From Alphaproteobacteria bacterium (lineage in GTDB: Bacteria > Pseudomonadota > Alphaproteobacteria > UBA828): a stretch of 64,000 nucleotides of DNA. Shown here piece after piece: positions 41,585 through 51,299 of this stretch. The notes beneath the pieces were generated by a model. The model searched no databases. It saw only the letters and a program-made list of their open reading frames with translations, and had not been told where the DNA came from. The stretch spans positions 3,104,001 through 3,168,000 of the forward strand of contig OZ243972.1 of the NCBI GenBank assembly GCA_965214705.1. The letters run 5' to 3'. The first letter of the stretch is position 1; each line of letters starts with the position of its first letter. The translations under genes were made by a program, and so were the position numbers.

Positions 41585-43787
41585 CAGGGCGAATTTGTCC
41601 AAGCCTGATTTTTGAGTTCTGCGCTACGAGTTGACCTTGGGTCTGGTCAGCGCGCGCCAACCCTGCTATGGATTGAGGCGACTGGATTCGCGGTGTTCTG
41701 CTGCGGATCGGCTTCGAGCAGGGGGACGGTTTCTACGGTGGATCTTTCCGAGGTCGATGTCGCTGCTGTCCGGCCGGAGGACGAGGCCCGGTTCCGCGCG
41801 CTGATGGAGGGGCATCACTACCTGGGTGCGTCTGCGAAGGTGGGGGCGACGGCGTGGTACGTCGCCCATCGGCGCGGCGAGTGGCTGGCGCTGGCCGTGT
41901 TTTCGGCTGCGGCGCGCAAGTGCCGGGCGCGGGACGAGTGGATCGGCTGGGACTTCCGCACGCAGCACGGGCGGCTGCATCTGATCGCGAACAACGCGCG
42001 CTTCCTGATCCTGCCGGGACGGGGTGTTCCGAACCTCGGCTCGCGGGTGCTGGGGCTTTGCGCGCGGCGCTTGGCGCGCGACTGGCCGGCCCGCTTCGGC
42101 CACCCCGTGCTGATGCTGGAAACATTCGTGGACGCGGCGAGGTTCCGGGGCACGGTCTACCGGGCGGCTGGATGGCTGGCGGTCGGCCAGACCCGCGGCT
42201 TCCGGCGCCACCGCTCGGGCTATGTCGCCGGCTCGACGCCGAAGCTTGTGCTGCTGCGCCCCCTGGTTCCCGACGCCTGCCGCCGGCTGTCCGCTGCCGG
42301 GCTGGATCGGGAGTTGTGGAAGAAAGGAGTTCCGAGAACCATGATCAGCGCCGCTCAGCAAGAGTCGCTCTACGCCTACTTCAAGGACATCGACGACCCC
42401 CGCACGCGCAAGGGACGGCGGCATTCGCTGCCCAGCGTGCTCGCGCTTGCGAGTGGCGCGACGCTCTGCGGCATGCGAGGCTGGAAGGCCATCTCCGAGT
42501 GGGTCGACGATCTCGGCGAGAAGGCGCTGGCCCGCTTCGGCGTGCGGCTGCGCGACGGGGTGCGCCGGCCGCCTTCGATGTCGACCATCCGCAATGTGGT
42601 GATCCGGGTGGACCCGGACCAGTTGGACGAGGCGTTGCGCAAGTGGCAGGAGGCCCACGGCTCAGGCGACGCGGCGCTTGCCATCGACGGCAAGACCCTG
42701 AGGGGGGCCATCGACGAGGACGGGACCCAGGCTCATGTCATGAGCGCGGTCGGGCACGAGACCAAGGCCACGCTCGCCCAAAAAAACTTCTCCTGAAAGT
42801 CGGGGCCGACGAGGAGACAAAGCGCACCAACGAGATCGGCACCGTGACGGCGCTGGTGGACCTGATCCCGAACATCGCGGGCAAGACGGTCACGACGGAC
42901 GCGCTGCTAACCCAGCGCAAGTTCGCCCGCTACCTGCTCGACCGGGGCGCGCACTTCATGTTCATCGTGAAAGGGAACCAGAAGACCATGCGGGACGATG
43001 TGACGCTGCTCTTCGAAGAGGCGCCGGAGCGTGAGCCCGACTTCGAGGAGGAGGCCGCGCTGTCGCACGGACGCATCGAGCAGCGGGCAATCTGGACGAG
43101 CACGGAGTTGAACGGCTTTCTCGACTTCCCGGGCGTCGGCCAGGTCTTCATGATCGAGCGCTCCCGCCAGGACAAGAAGACCGGCGAGACCGGCACCGAG
43201 ACCGCCTACGGGATCTCCAGCCACACGCCCGGCACGGCCAACGCGCAGAGCCTGCTCGCCCTCAACCGCGGCCACTGGTGCATCGAGAACAGCTCGCACC
43301 ACTGCCTCGACTGGACCTGGGACGAGGACCGCAGCCGCATACGCACAGGCTTCGGCCCCGAGAACATGACCCGCCTGCGGCGCTTCGCCATCGGCCTGAT
43401 CAAGGGCCGGGGGCTCGAGGTCGCCTCGACCGTGCGCAGGCTCGCCCGCAACGTCCGCGCCGTCCTCGACTTCCTGAAAATGACCGGGAACACCCAGCCG
43501 AGGACCGCAAAGCGCGCCGCGCCGGCCTGAACCCCGGCGCCCGGCAAGCCGGGCGCAAAGATCGTACCTGCCCTCGCTCCCGACCACGCCGGTGGCGCGA
43601 TCCATCATGTCGGGGCACCGCCAAATCGCGACGGCACCGCCCGCACCGCCCACACGGTAATGCCAGAACCGTCTGACCGAACCGGATGCTCGGCCAGACC
43701 CCGCCGCAAACCCCGTAACAAAGCCGATCCGCACAACCCGTGGCCAGAACTCAACCGCCTACCAGCCGCTTGGACAAATTTGCCCTG
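41585..43787 (+). mobile_element. ISAs1-family element with DUF4338 fusion, copy B (complete)
   Basis: 20-bp IRs CAGGGCGAATTTGTCCAAGC / GCTTGGACAAATTTGCCCTG with 1 mismatch. No TSD visible. Confidence 0.9.
41612..43530 (+). CDS. DUF4338-ISAs1 transposase with a -1 frameshift at A AAA AAC near 42780-42787
   Basis: ORF1 ends AQKNFS*. The -1 frame continues ...TNEIG, TTDALLTQ, VKGNQ, HGRIE, RGHWCIEN..H..LD....ED.SR, the ISAs1 catalytic region. Confidence 0.85.
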
Positions 43788-44215
43788 ACCGAACCTGCGC
43801 CCAAGTTGACGGCAGGGAGCTGACGATGCCAAGGTTGCCATTTCGCAGCATGCATAAACGGGGTAAAGCTCGCATATGAGGCAAGCAGGTGATGGAAGCC
43901 TCTGGAAGGTTAAGGGTTGGGCAGGCTCTCTCTCGAGAGCCTGCCCAACCCTTTTGAACGAAGCCGCGGGCCACGAGAGGCGAAGTTGAGCTATGTGGAA
44001 AGTGCGCTGATGTCAGCGTCAGGCGGCATCCACCGGCAGCAGAGTTGCGCATAAAATCGACGCTCGCGCCGGTCTTTCGGCAGGCATGCGGGCGCACGCT
44101 GCGAGGACTGAGCGGGGTGTGAGCCGAGGGCTGTCAGCCCGGCTCAAGCGGAGACAGGTTCGGTCGTGCGTCGGCGCTTTGGCGCCGTTGCGCGGGGCCG
44201 AAGCGAGCGGGCGTC

Positions 44216-45457
44216 TCACGGTTTCCCCCTGTGGGTCGGCGGCAGCGCCGGCGGGCCGCGCGTCGAGCGGGGCTCATGGCGGCGGCGGATTTCGCGGACG
44301 AGGCGCATGACGCCGCCGCAGTGGGGGCAGGCCACGGGCGCGGTGCCGATCTCGGGCTCTTCGTCGGGCTCGGCCTGAGCGCCGTCCACGCTTCCCTCGG
44401 GGGCGGCGCAGCCGAGGGCGCCGAGAGCCTGGCGTGCTCTCTCCAGCGTGCTGGCGCGGCAGCCGTTGGCGAGGATGCCGAAGTAGCGAATGCGGTGCAT
44501 GCCGTCCGGCAGGACGTGCCTCAGGAAGCGGCGGATGAACTCGTCGGCGCTCACGGTGGCGATGCCGTAGCGCGGCTTTCTCTGCCCCGGCGCCTTGGGC
44601 TTTCGGTGGCGGAAGGAGACCGTCTCGCCGTCGAAGGAGACGATGCGGCTGTCGGAGATGGCGATCCTGTGCGTGTAGTGCGAGAGGTACCGGAAGACCT
44701 GCTCAGGCCCGCGGAAGGGCCGCTTGGCGTAGACCACCCAGTCCCTGGCCCGGGCGGCGGCAAGCGTGGCGTGGAACTCGCCGGGATTGGCGAGGTGGGC
44801 GAGGGTGCCGTGGAACTCCAGGTCCCCCCGGCCGTGGGCGCGGGCGAGCTCCTCGAGGAAGAGGCGGCGGAACAGGCTGCCGAGGACCTTGACGGGGGCG
44901 AGGAAGGTGGTGCTCCCCGTCTTCCACTCGCCACTGTCTACGTCGAAGCCCGCGTTGGGCACGACCACGTGCAGGTGCGGGTGGAAGCGGAGCTTCTGAT
45001 CCCAGGTATGGAGGACCGCGGTGCCGCCGATGCGCATGCCGCCGTGGCGGGGATCGGCGGCGATGGTGCGCAGGGTCTCGGCGACGGCCCGGAAGAGGAT
45101 GTCGAACACCACCCTGCGGTTGCAGAAGGCAATGGCGGCAACCTCCTTGGGCAGGGTGAAGACCACATGGAAGTAGGGCACCGGCAGGATGTCCCCGGCG
45201 CGCTCCTCGCTCCAGAGGTTGGCGGCGAGACCCTGGCAGGTGGGGCAGTGGCGGTTGCGGCAGGAGTTGAAGAGCGGATGCTCGCGCCCGCAGCCCTCGC
45301 AGGCGTACATGTGGCCGCCGAGCACGGCGGTGCGGCACGCCTCGATGGCGCCCATGACCTTGAGCCGGGCGGCGTCGATGCGCCCTTTGTGGCGCTCACG
45401 GAAAGCGGCGCCGGCGCGGCGGAAGATCTCCGCCACGCCCGCGCGTTCGGCCTCCAC
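44216..45457 (-). CDS. IS91-family (Y2/HUH) transposase with Zn-binding N-terminus
   Basis: CRT..LGG, SCRNRHCPTC, YFHVVFTLP, HPHLH (HUH), YLSHY, FLRHVLP.G..RIRYFG. Confidence 0.93.
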   Translation of the reverse strand: MEAERAGVAEIFRRAGAAFRERHKGRIDAARLKVMGAIEACRTAVLGGHMYACEGCGREHPLFNSCRNRHCPTCQGLAANLWSEERAGDILPVPYFHVVFTLPKEVAAIAFCNRRVVFDILFRAVAETLRTIAADPRHGGMRIGGTAVLHTWDQKLRFHPHLHVVVPNAGFDVDSGEWKTGSTTFLAPVKVLGSLFRRLFLEELARAHGRGDLEFHGTLAHLANPGEFHATLAAARARDWVVYAKRPFRGPEQVFRYLSHYTHRIAISDSRIVSFDGETVSFRHRKPKAPGQRKPRYGIATVSADEFIRRFLRHVLPDGMHRIRYFGILANGCRASTLERARQALGALGCAAPEGSVDGAQAEPDEEPEIGTAPVACPHCGGVMRLVREIRRRHEPRSTRGPPALPPTHRGKP

Positions 45458-45463
45458 GCGCCG

Positions 45464-46342
45464 TCAGTTGCGCAACGCTGCGAAGCCTGAGATCGGGTGG
45501 TCGAGGCCCTCGAACATCTTGCCGGTGACGCGGGCGTAGTGACGGGTCGTGTTCGCGCTTCGATGGCCGAGCATGTCCCGGATCACCTCGATATCGCCGC
45601 CGCGCTCGAGGAGATGGGTCGCCGCCGAATGGCGCAGGCAATGGAAGGTGTAGCTGCGGTCGAGCTCGGCAATGTCGCGCGCCCTCCTGAAGGCGGCCTG
45701 CAAGGTCTCCGTTGCGATGGGCCTGTCGAGCGAGACGCCGTAGAAGAGCCAGTTCGTCGGACGCGGCCAGATGTTCCTGTAGTAGACGCGCAAGTAGTGG
45801 ATGACGATGTCCGGCAACGGTGCCATTCTCTCGGTGCCGCCTTTGCCGGAGGGGATGTGCAGCAGCTTCTTCTCCGACAGGATGTCGCCGACCTTGATGG
45901 CCAAGGTCTCGGAGATGCGGAGCCCGCCGCCATAGCCGGTGACAATGGCAGCACGGTGGCGGAGGTCGGGTGTCGCAAGGATGAGGTGCTCGACCTCCTG
46001 CTCCGACATGTAGCGCGGCAGCTTGCCGGGCTTCTTGCGGGAGCGCAGGCCGGCGACATGGTCAGGCCAGCCGAGTGTGTCGATGTAGAGGAAGTTCAGC
46101 GCGGCGAAGGAGACGTTGGTCGTGCCCGGACTGAGCCCCTTGTCGATCCGCCCCAGGTACCACTGGCGCACCTGCTCGGCGTCGAGCTCGTCCGGCGAGG
46201 CGTCGTAGTACCTGGCCAGGTTCTTGATCTCGCAGATGTAGGCCTTGGACGTGCTCGCGGCCAGATTGGCGATGCGGAGCTGCTCCTCCATGCGCTGGCG
46301 AAGAGGGGTGACGGTGTTCGTGTCGCACGCGGTCCCGGTCAT
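45464..46342 (-). CDS. Tyrosine recombinase (IS91-associated)
   Basis: YGGGLRISE, GKGG.ER, HCLRHS.ATHLLE, LGH....T..Y. ATG at 46342 follows a GGGAG RBS. Confidence 0.92.
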   Translation of the reverse strand: MTGTACDTNTVTPLRQRMEEQLRIANLAASTSKAYICEIKNLARYYDASPDELDAEQVRQWYLGRIDKGLSPGTTNVSFAALNFLYIDTLGWPDHVAGLRSRKKPGKLPRYMSEQEVEHLILATPDLRHRAAIVTGYGGGLRISETLAIKVGDILSEKKLLHIPSGKGGTERMAPLPDIVIHYLRVYYRNIWPRPTNWLFYGVSLDRPIATETLQAAFRRARDIAELDRSYTFHCLRHSAATHLLERGGDIEVIRDMLGHRSANTTRHYARVTGKMFEGLDHPISGFAALRN

Positions 46343-46805
46343 TATCGATCTCCCTGGATCGCGACGGCGCGCCGCCGGACCGATCCGGCGACGGTCCGTC
46401 GCAGGGGTCGATGCTAACCACTGGTGATCGGGAGGCTGCTGGGGATCCGCCACCCGACGGGCGGAGCGCCACTGACGCAACCGGGAAGCGAACGCACAGA
46501 ACAAACGGCACCCGCGACGCCTCGGAAATGAATGAACTCTACGCCGCTAACTCCGCGTAGCGGCTTCGTTCAAATGATCTTGGACAGACGCCGCCGCAGA
46601 GAACCGGCACGTCGAAATCTCGCGCTTGTGACACGATGATGGGCGCTGCTAGGAATTTAGATGGTTGGAGTGAGGAATCGAACGGAAGCAACGCCTTGCG
46701 TTCTAGGGTGGTCTGTACTGATCGAGGGTATTCAATGATCTGCCGTGACACTTCATCTGAGGGCATTGCTCGCGAACACCCGGCTGCCGTTCTGAGGTTG
46801 GGCTC

Positions 46806-49165
46806 GTGACGACTCTTGTGGCACTTGCCTCCAAGGATGCGCTCGTCATGGGGACCGATAGCCTTGGCACCGTTACCAGGCGGCTATTGGATCCGTTTGA
46901 TCTCTTGGAGTGCTTTGACCCCAAGGACGATTTTAAGATCAAGGTCGACGACGAAGGCAAACCGTTACTCGATAACTTCTCCATCCTTATGGAACAAGCG
47001 CAGGTCGTTCCCTATAATCAGCTGAGCAATGTCTCAAAGTTGTTCGACCTTAGCCCTCTACCGATGGGAGTGATGTTCACCGGAATTACGTCGATTGGTC
47101 ACCGTACTATTGGTAAGTTGGTATCCGACTTCAAAGAAGCCGATTCGGCCTTTAGCAAAGACGCAGAGCCGTCGAATTATGCAGTTCGCGCGGTCGGTGT
47201 CCGGCTGCTGCAGACCTTGAGACAACTCTATGCAAGCACATACCCGCAAGAATACGCCCGCCCCGAACTTGAGCTCATAATTGGCGGCTACGACAATCTA
47301 CGCTACTTGCCTAGCCTATACAGGATTGACGTTCGCGAGGATACGATCGACGAGATATTCTCGAGCGACTCACCCTTCGGCGTAGCGTTTGGCGGGCAAA
47401 AGGACTGGATACAACGAATCGTCTTTGGTACAGACGAGGATAACCAAGTTAGCTTGGCACAGCGCGTACGCGATTTGCTCGTCGTCTATCATGATAAGAT
47501 AAGTGCCGCTGTTGCGGACGCAGGAATCGAGTTTGAAGTTCCACACCCACACACATGGGATGATGAACTCTATCTCTTCAATGGGTGGAACCTCCACGGC
47601 TTGGACGCCAACATCGCAGACTTCTCCGAACAGAATGCTATCGATTGCGTAGACTTCTTCATCGAAATCATGATCAGGGCCACTAGTGTCCCAACGTTAG
47701 CGGAATAAATTCAATTGGTTAGGGTGGTCTAGTTGGCCGATTTGCAGGTCCTCTGGGTCAAACAGTTGATAGAGAGGCGTTTTCTCGAACACCGTAAGGC
47801 TCAGGATCTGTAGAATTGTGTAGAGGCTCTGCTCCAGCTTCAGCCGCTTGCGGATGATGGCGACCAGGACATAGACCGACACCGCGATCCAGATCTGGGT
47901 CTTCACCGCGTTCTCCGAGGTGCCGAAGAAGGACTTGATCCGGAGGTGCTGCTTGATCCATTTGAAGAACAACTCAATGTGCCAGCGGGCACGGTAGAGT
48001 TCGGCGATCGTCAGAGCCGGCAGAACAAAGTTGTTGGTGAGGAAGACGAGGGTTTTGTCGCGCTCGGCATCTCGGTACCGGATCCGCCGTAGCTTGTCGG
48101 GATAATCGGTCGCGCTGTTGACGCCGCTTGGCCGTACGACCTGATCGCAGATGAGACCGCGGGTGCGATCGACAGGGCGGGAGTAGAGGCGGCGGAGCTT
48201 GGTGTTGGATTTCGCGCGCAGGACAAAGAAGCTGCCACTGTGATGCAGGTGATGGAGACGGCTGAAGTCGAGGTAGGCCCGGTCCATGATGTAGAAGGCT
48301 CCGGCCTCCGGCAGCAGCATGTCCATCACATTGACGTCGTGGAGTTTTCCGTCGGAGATGTGGATGAAGGCGGGGATGTGGCCGTGCAGGTCGAGCAGGG
48401 TGTGGAGCTTGACGGCGCCCTTTGTCTTGCGGAACGGAGCCCACGGGAACAGCGACAGGCAGAGGTCGATTGTCGAGGAGTCGAGGGCGTAGACGGTGTT
48501 ATCAAGATCAAGGCCGAGCGTATTGTCGTCGGCGTAGAGGTTTCGGGCGATGTGGATGAGATGTTGAGCGAAGTCGGCGTAGATCTGCCATTCGCGAACG
48601 GCGTTGGCATTGGCGAGGGTGTTGCGCGAGACCCTGCCACGGATCCCCATGTGATAGAGCTTTGTGGGTTGAACGCGCAGGCAGGTCTCGATGTCGCGCA
48701 AGCTGGCCCGATAAGTGAGCTGAGCGAAGGCCATGCATCGGTACTGATCCGCGCAGGTGAACGACTTGATCTTGCGGTTTCCGTTGTAACGGGCCACGCA
48801 GCGACGGAAACTGTGCCAGGGTAGGTGTTCCATGATTTGCGCGAAGACCAGCTTGCCGGAATACATCGGCCATCCTCTCCTGATACATGTTGGACAGGAA
48901 AAGCGTGCCGGACCGGCGCTACGGTCTCAAGTCGGTGACTCCCTTGAACAGGATTTCTCGAACGAATATCAATCTGTTAACCGCACCAGCTTCGAAAACG
49001 TTGGGACACTAGTGGATCAGGGCACAAGCTGTTAGTTCGCAATTGCCAACGGTCGGAGGTGATATAAACATAGCAGTAATACGCAAGGATGGATTTCGCT
49101 TTGTTTCGCGCCAAGAGTGGCGACACCGAGACCACAGCATCAAGATACCGGGGGTGCAGCAATGA
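46806..49165 (+). pseudogene. Proteasome-beta/HslV-like Ntn hydrolase (338 aa when restored), interrupted by IS4 (coding parts 46806-47680 and 49024-49165)
   Basis: M-T1-T-L-V-A-L...D17-S18, SKLF, FTG, LIIGGYD. Restored C-terminus IMIRAQAVSSQLPTVGGDINIAVIRKDGFRFVS...VQQ*. Confidence 0.8.
47681..49014 (-). mobile_element. IS4-family insertion sequence (transposase 47697..48866)
   Basis: Perfect 18-bp IRs CACTAGTGTCCCAACGTT. 9-bp TSD GATCAGGGC. Motifs LDSSTI, MDRAY and YRARWHIELFFKWIKQ. Confidence 0.95.
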
Positions 49166-49353
49166 AACTAAGAACACGCTTGTATCCAACAGTCAGGGAA
49201 GAGCGCGAAAGGAAGGCGCTCAAGAACAGGTTAGGGCTCACTCGCACTGCCATTGCCAAGGGCGGTGGCACGCCGAAGCCTAAATCGCAGGAGAAAGTGG
49301 GTGCCAAAGAGCACAGGGTGGTGACTGACTTGACAGGTGTCAACAAGAACTAG
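49162..49353 (+). CDS. Small basic hypothetical protein (63 aa)
   Basis: ATG overlaps the restored Ntn gene's stop (ATGA at 49162-65) and the ORF fills the gap up to the E1 stop. No recognisable family. Confidence 0.5.
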   Translation: MKLRTRLYPTVREERERKALKNRLGLTRTAIAKGGGTPKPKSQEKVGAKEHRVVTDLTGVNKN

Positions 49354-49361
49354 GCCCCGTT

Positions 49362-50765
49362 CTAACTTATATTCCGGGCTTTCACGAACCCTGGGTTGGT
49401 CGCTATAGCTTCAAGTGTGTTGTCAGATGCTTGTGATCTGTCGGGACTTCGCAGCGTGACACCTAACACCTCGATTCTTGGGCCTCCAGCGAGCGAACGC
49501 AGTACCTCCGCAAGCACGAATGTTGCAGCAACGCAGCCTACGAAAGCAGCTCCTATCGACCTTCCGGCCACTTCGATGATACCGCATCTAATCTCGCTAT
49601 CTGTTAGATCGGTGGTCCCCCTGACTCGCCGATGAAAGTCCTGATAGGCGGGTTGGTCAACGAGCACGCTTGTGTGCTGCGTGTGCTGCGTGTTGCGCGC
49701 AAGAAAAGCGTTCGTCGCTTTGATGCCTGAGGGGAACGAATGAATCAAGATGTCTAGGTAATTCCTTGGGCCTCCACCCAATCCCGCGTCGACAATTAGA
49801 TCAAACCCCGCACCCTCAAGATGGCGTCTTGGAGCAGGGTCATCGACCCCAACGAGCGCAACGCCTGGCTCGTTGACGCTGCGGCGTGTAGCAGAATCGA
49901 AGTACCGTTCGGTTATGTTCGTATTGAACCCTAGCGCTTCTAGGCGGCAGGAGACGACCCGTGTCTTCTTTCGGCCAATCAGCGAATCATCGCTGAGCAT
50001 CCCCGTACTTCCATTGGCCTTCACGATGCTGTCGAAATCCTGAAGAACCAAATCAACAGCTGAGCGATCCTCGTACGGCAGGAATGCCAGCGCCCACGCA
50101 TATGCCTGTCCCAGGTGGCCGAGGCCGATCAGCCAGAGTCGCTTGGGTAGATAGCGGCATGGTTCACCAAAGGCGGGCTCTTCTCGCCAATCGCACCGCG
50201 GCTCCCAAAGCGATAGCCCCGTCGACCTTCGACCGGCGACAACGTTGCCGCGCAGATTCTGAAACGCCTCCGATACTCCAAGCGATGCTGCAAGCATTCC
50301 TGCCAAGGGAAATTCGATTGATTCACCTAGTCGATCGTTCGTCTTCTGGACGACACCGCCGGACCACCCCTCCCAGGTTCCGTACAAAACCAAGCTCCCA
50401 ACCGGCTCTTCTCTTACTTCCCCAACTACGAGAGTCGGGTGGTGGTGGTCTAACGATTCGACAATCTCTCCCCCATAGGTCTCGACCGCAGTGGCTATGT
50501 TCATGCCCTCGACCCAGGATACTGCGACGCGCCCATGCTCACGAAGACGAACTCGAACGCCGCCAAGGAAAGCACGAACCGCTGTATTGACTGCGGTCAG
50601 TAACATTGCCTGACGGGTTTCGCTTTTGGCAATGCCAACGCCTACGTCGATTTGCAGTACGTAACTCGCCATGATCTCCTGTGCTTCATCGACAGTGCGA
50701 GCACGACCTTCGTCCAGTTCGAGTTTGGTGGTGCGGTGAAGCTGGTCGGAGTTGAGTGTGTCCAT
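49362..50765 (-). CDS. bilD: ThiF/E1-like ubiquitin-activating enzyme (BilD-like)
   Basis: LIGLGHLG nucleotide loop, QDFD...AN, RKKT, GVDD...RR, DAGLG, candidate catalytic Cys in IRCG. N-terminal extension consistent with an inactive adenylation domain. Confidence 0.85.
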   Translation of the reverse strand: MDTLNSDQLHRTTKLELDEGRARTVDEAQEIMASYVLQIDVGVGIAKSETRQAMLLTAVNTAVRAFLGGVRVRLREHGRVAVSWVEGMNIATAVETYGGEIVESLDHHHPTLVVGEVREEPVGSLVLYGTWEGWSGGVVQKTNDRLGESIEFPLAGMLAASLGVSEAFQNLRGNVVAGRRSTGLSLWEPRCDWREEPAFGEPCRYLPKRLWLIGLGHLGQAYAWALAFLPYEDRSAVDLVLQDFDSIVKANGSTGMLSDDSLIGRKKTRVVSCRLEALGFNTNITERYFDSATRRSVNEPGVALVGVDDPAPRRHLEGAGFDLIVDAGLGGGPRNYLDILIHSFPSGIKATNAFLARNTQHTQHTSVLVDQPAYQDFHRRVRGTTDLTDSEIRCGIIEVAGRSIGAAFVGCVAATFVLAEVLRSLAGGPRIEVLGVTLRSPDRSQASDNTLEAIATNPGFVKARNIS

Positions 50766-51299
50766 TCACCTGTTCCTTATGCGGAGGACGCGTTCCGCAT
50801 TTGAGCCGAACCATGATGCCCAACCACGTTCGCCGCGATACTCGTGAACTCCGACCTCTCTTGCTTGGACTGGACGGGTACCGTAGTGCGGCACGATAAG
50901 CGCGAGATGCCCCTCTCTCGCGATCATGGGATTCGCTCGATCTATGCCGCTTTGGGCGACTGAATTACCTGGGTGGGTATGTATGTCCGCTACGACCCGG
51001 AGACCTTCCGCATCACACAGATCCCAGAGTCTTGAGAAGCCTGATGCTCGAATGTGAATGTTGCCGACCAAGCACTCGGGGTCGAGGTCGTCAAAGTAGG
51101 CGACCTTTACCACGGTAAGTACTCCCTCCCGGGCTCGGCCAAGCAAGAAGACGCCCGATTCCCGTCGGCCACCAAGACCCCTACGACCGAGTTCCTGAAC
51201 TGTCTCTTGCCACAAGTCGAGCCCAATCTCTATGCGCGGTCGGCTGGGCCAAAGCCGTAGCCACCAACGAAAGACTGATCTATATGCCCGTATAATCAT
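50766..51299 (-). CDS. bilC: JAB/JAMM metallopeptidase (BilC-like)
   Basis: RESGVFLLG (Glu) and DIHTHP....QSGID give an intact JAMM E...HxH...SxxD motif. Confidence 0.88.
   Translation of the reverse strand: MIIRAYRSVFRWWLRLWPSRPRIEIGLDLWQETVQELGRRGLGGRRESGVFLLGRAREGVLTVVKVAYFDDLDPECLVGNIHIRASGFSRLWDLCDAEGLRVVADIHTHPGNSVAQSGIDRANPMIAREGHLALIVPHYGTRPVQAREVGVHEYRGERGWASWFGSNAERVLRIRNR

Larger units (their letters stand above)
43908..46573 (-). mobile_element. IS91-family element with tyrosine recombinase, copy 1, 2666 bp
   Basis: Boundaries come from comparing three copies: AA|GGTTAAGGG...GGCTTCGTTCAA. 19-bp-stem hairpin at 43912-43953. Confidence 0.9.

Noticed and set aside
43759-44097. Repeated ORF MRPHACRKTG... 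(also 51452..51775 and 54648..55043)
   Set aside because: It starts in the non-coding end of the IS91 element and reads into a different flank each time. Only the tail of the third belongs to the Ubl gene.
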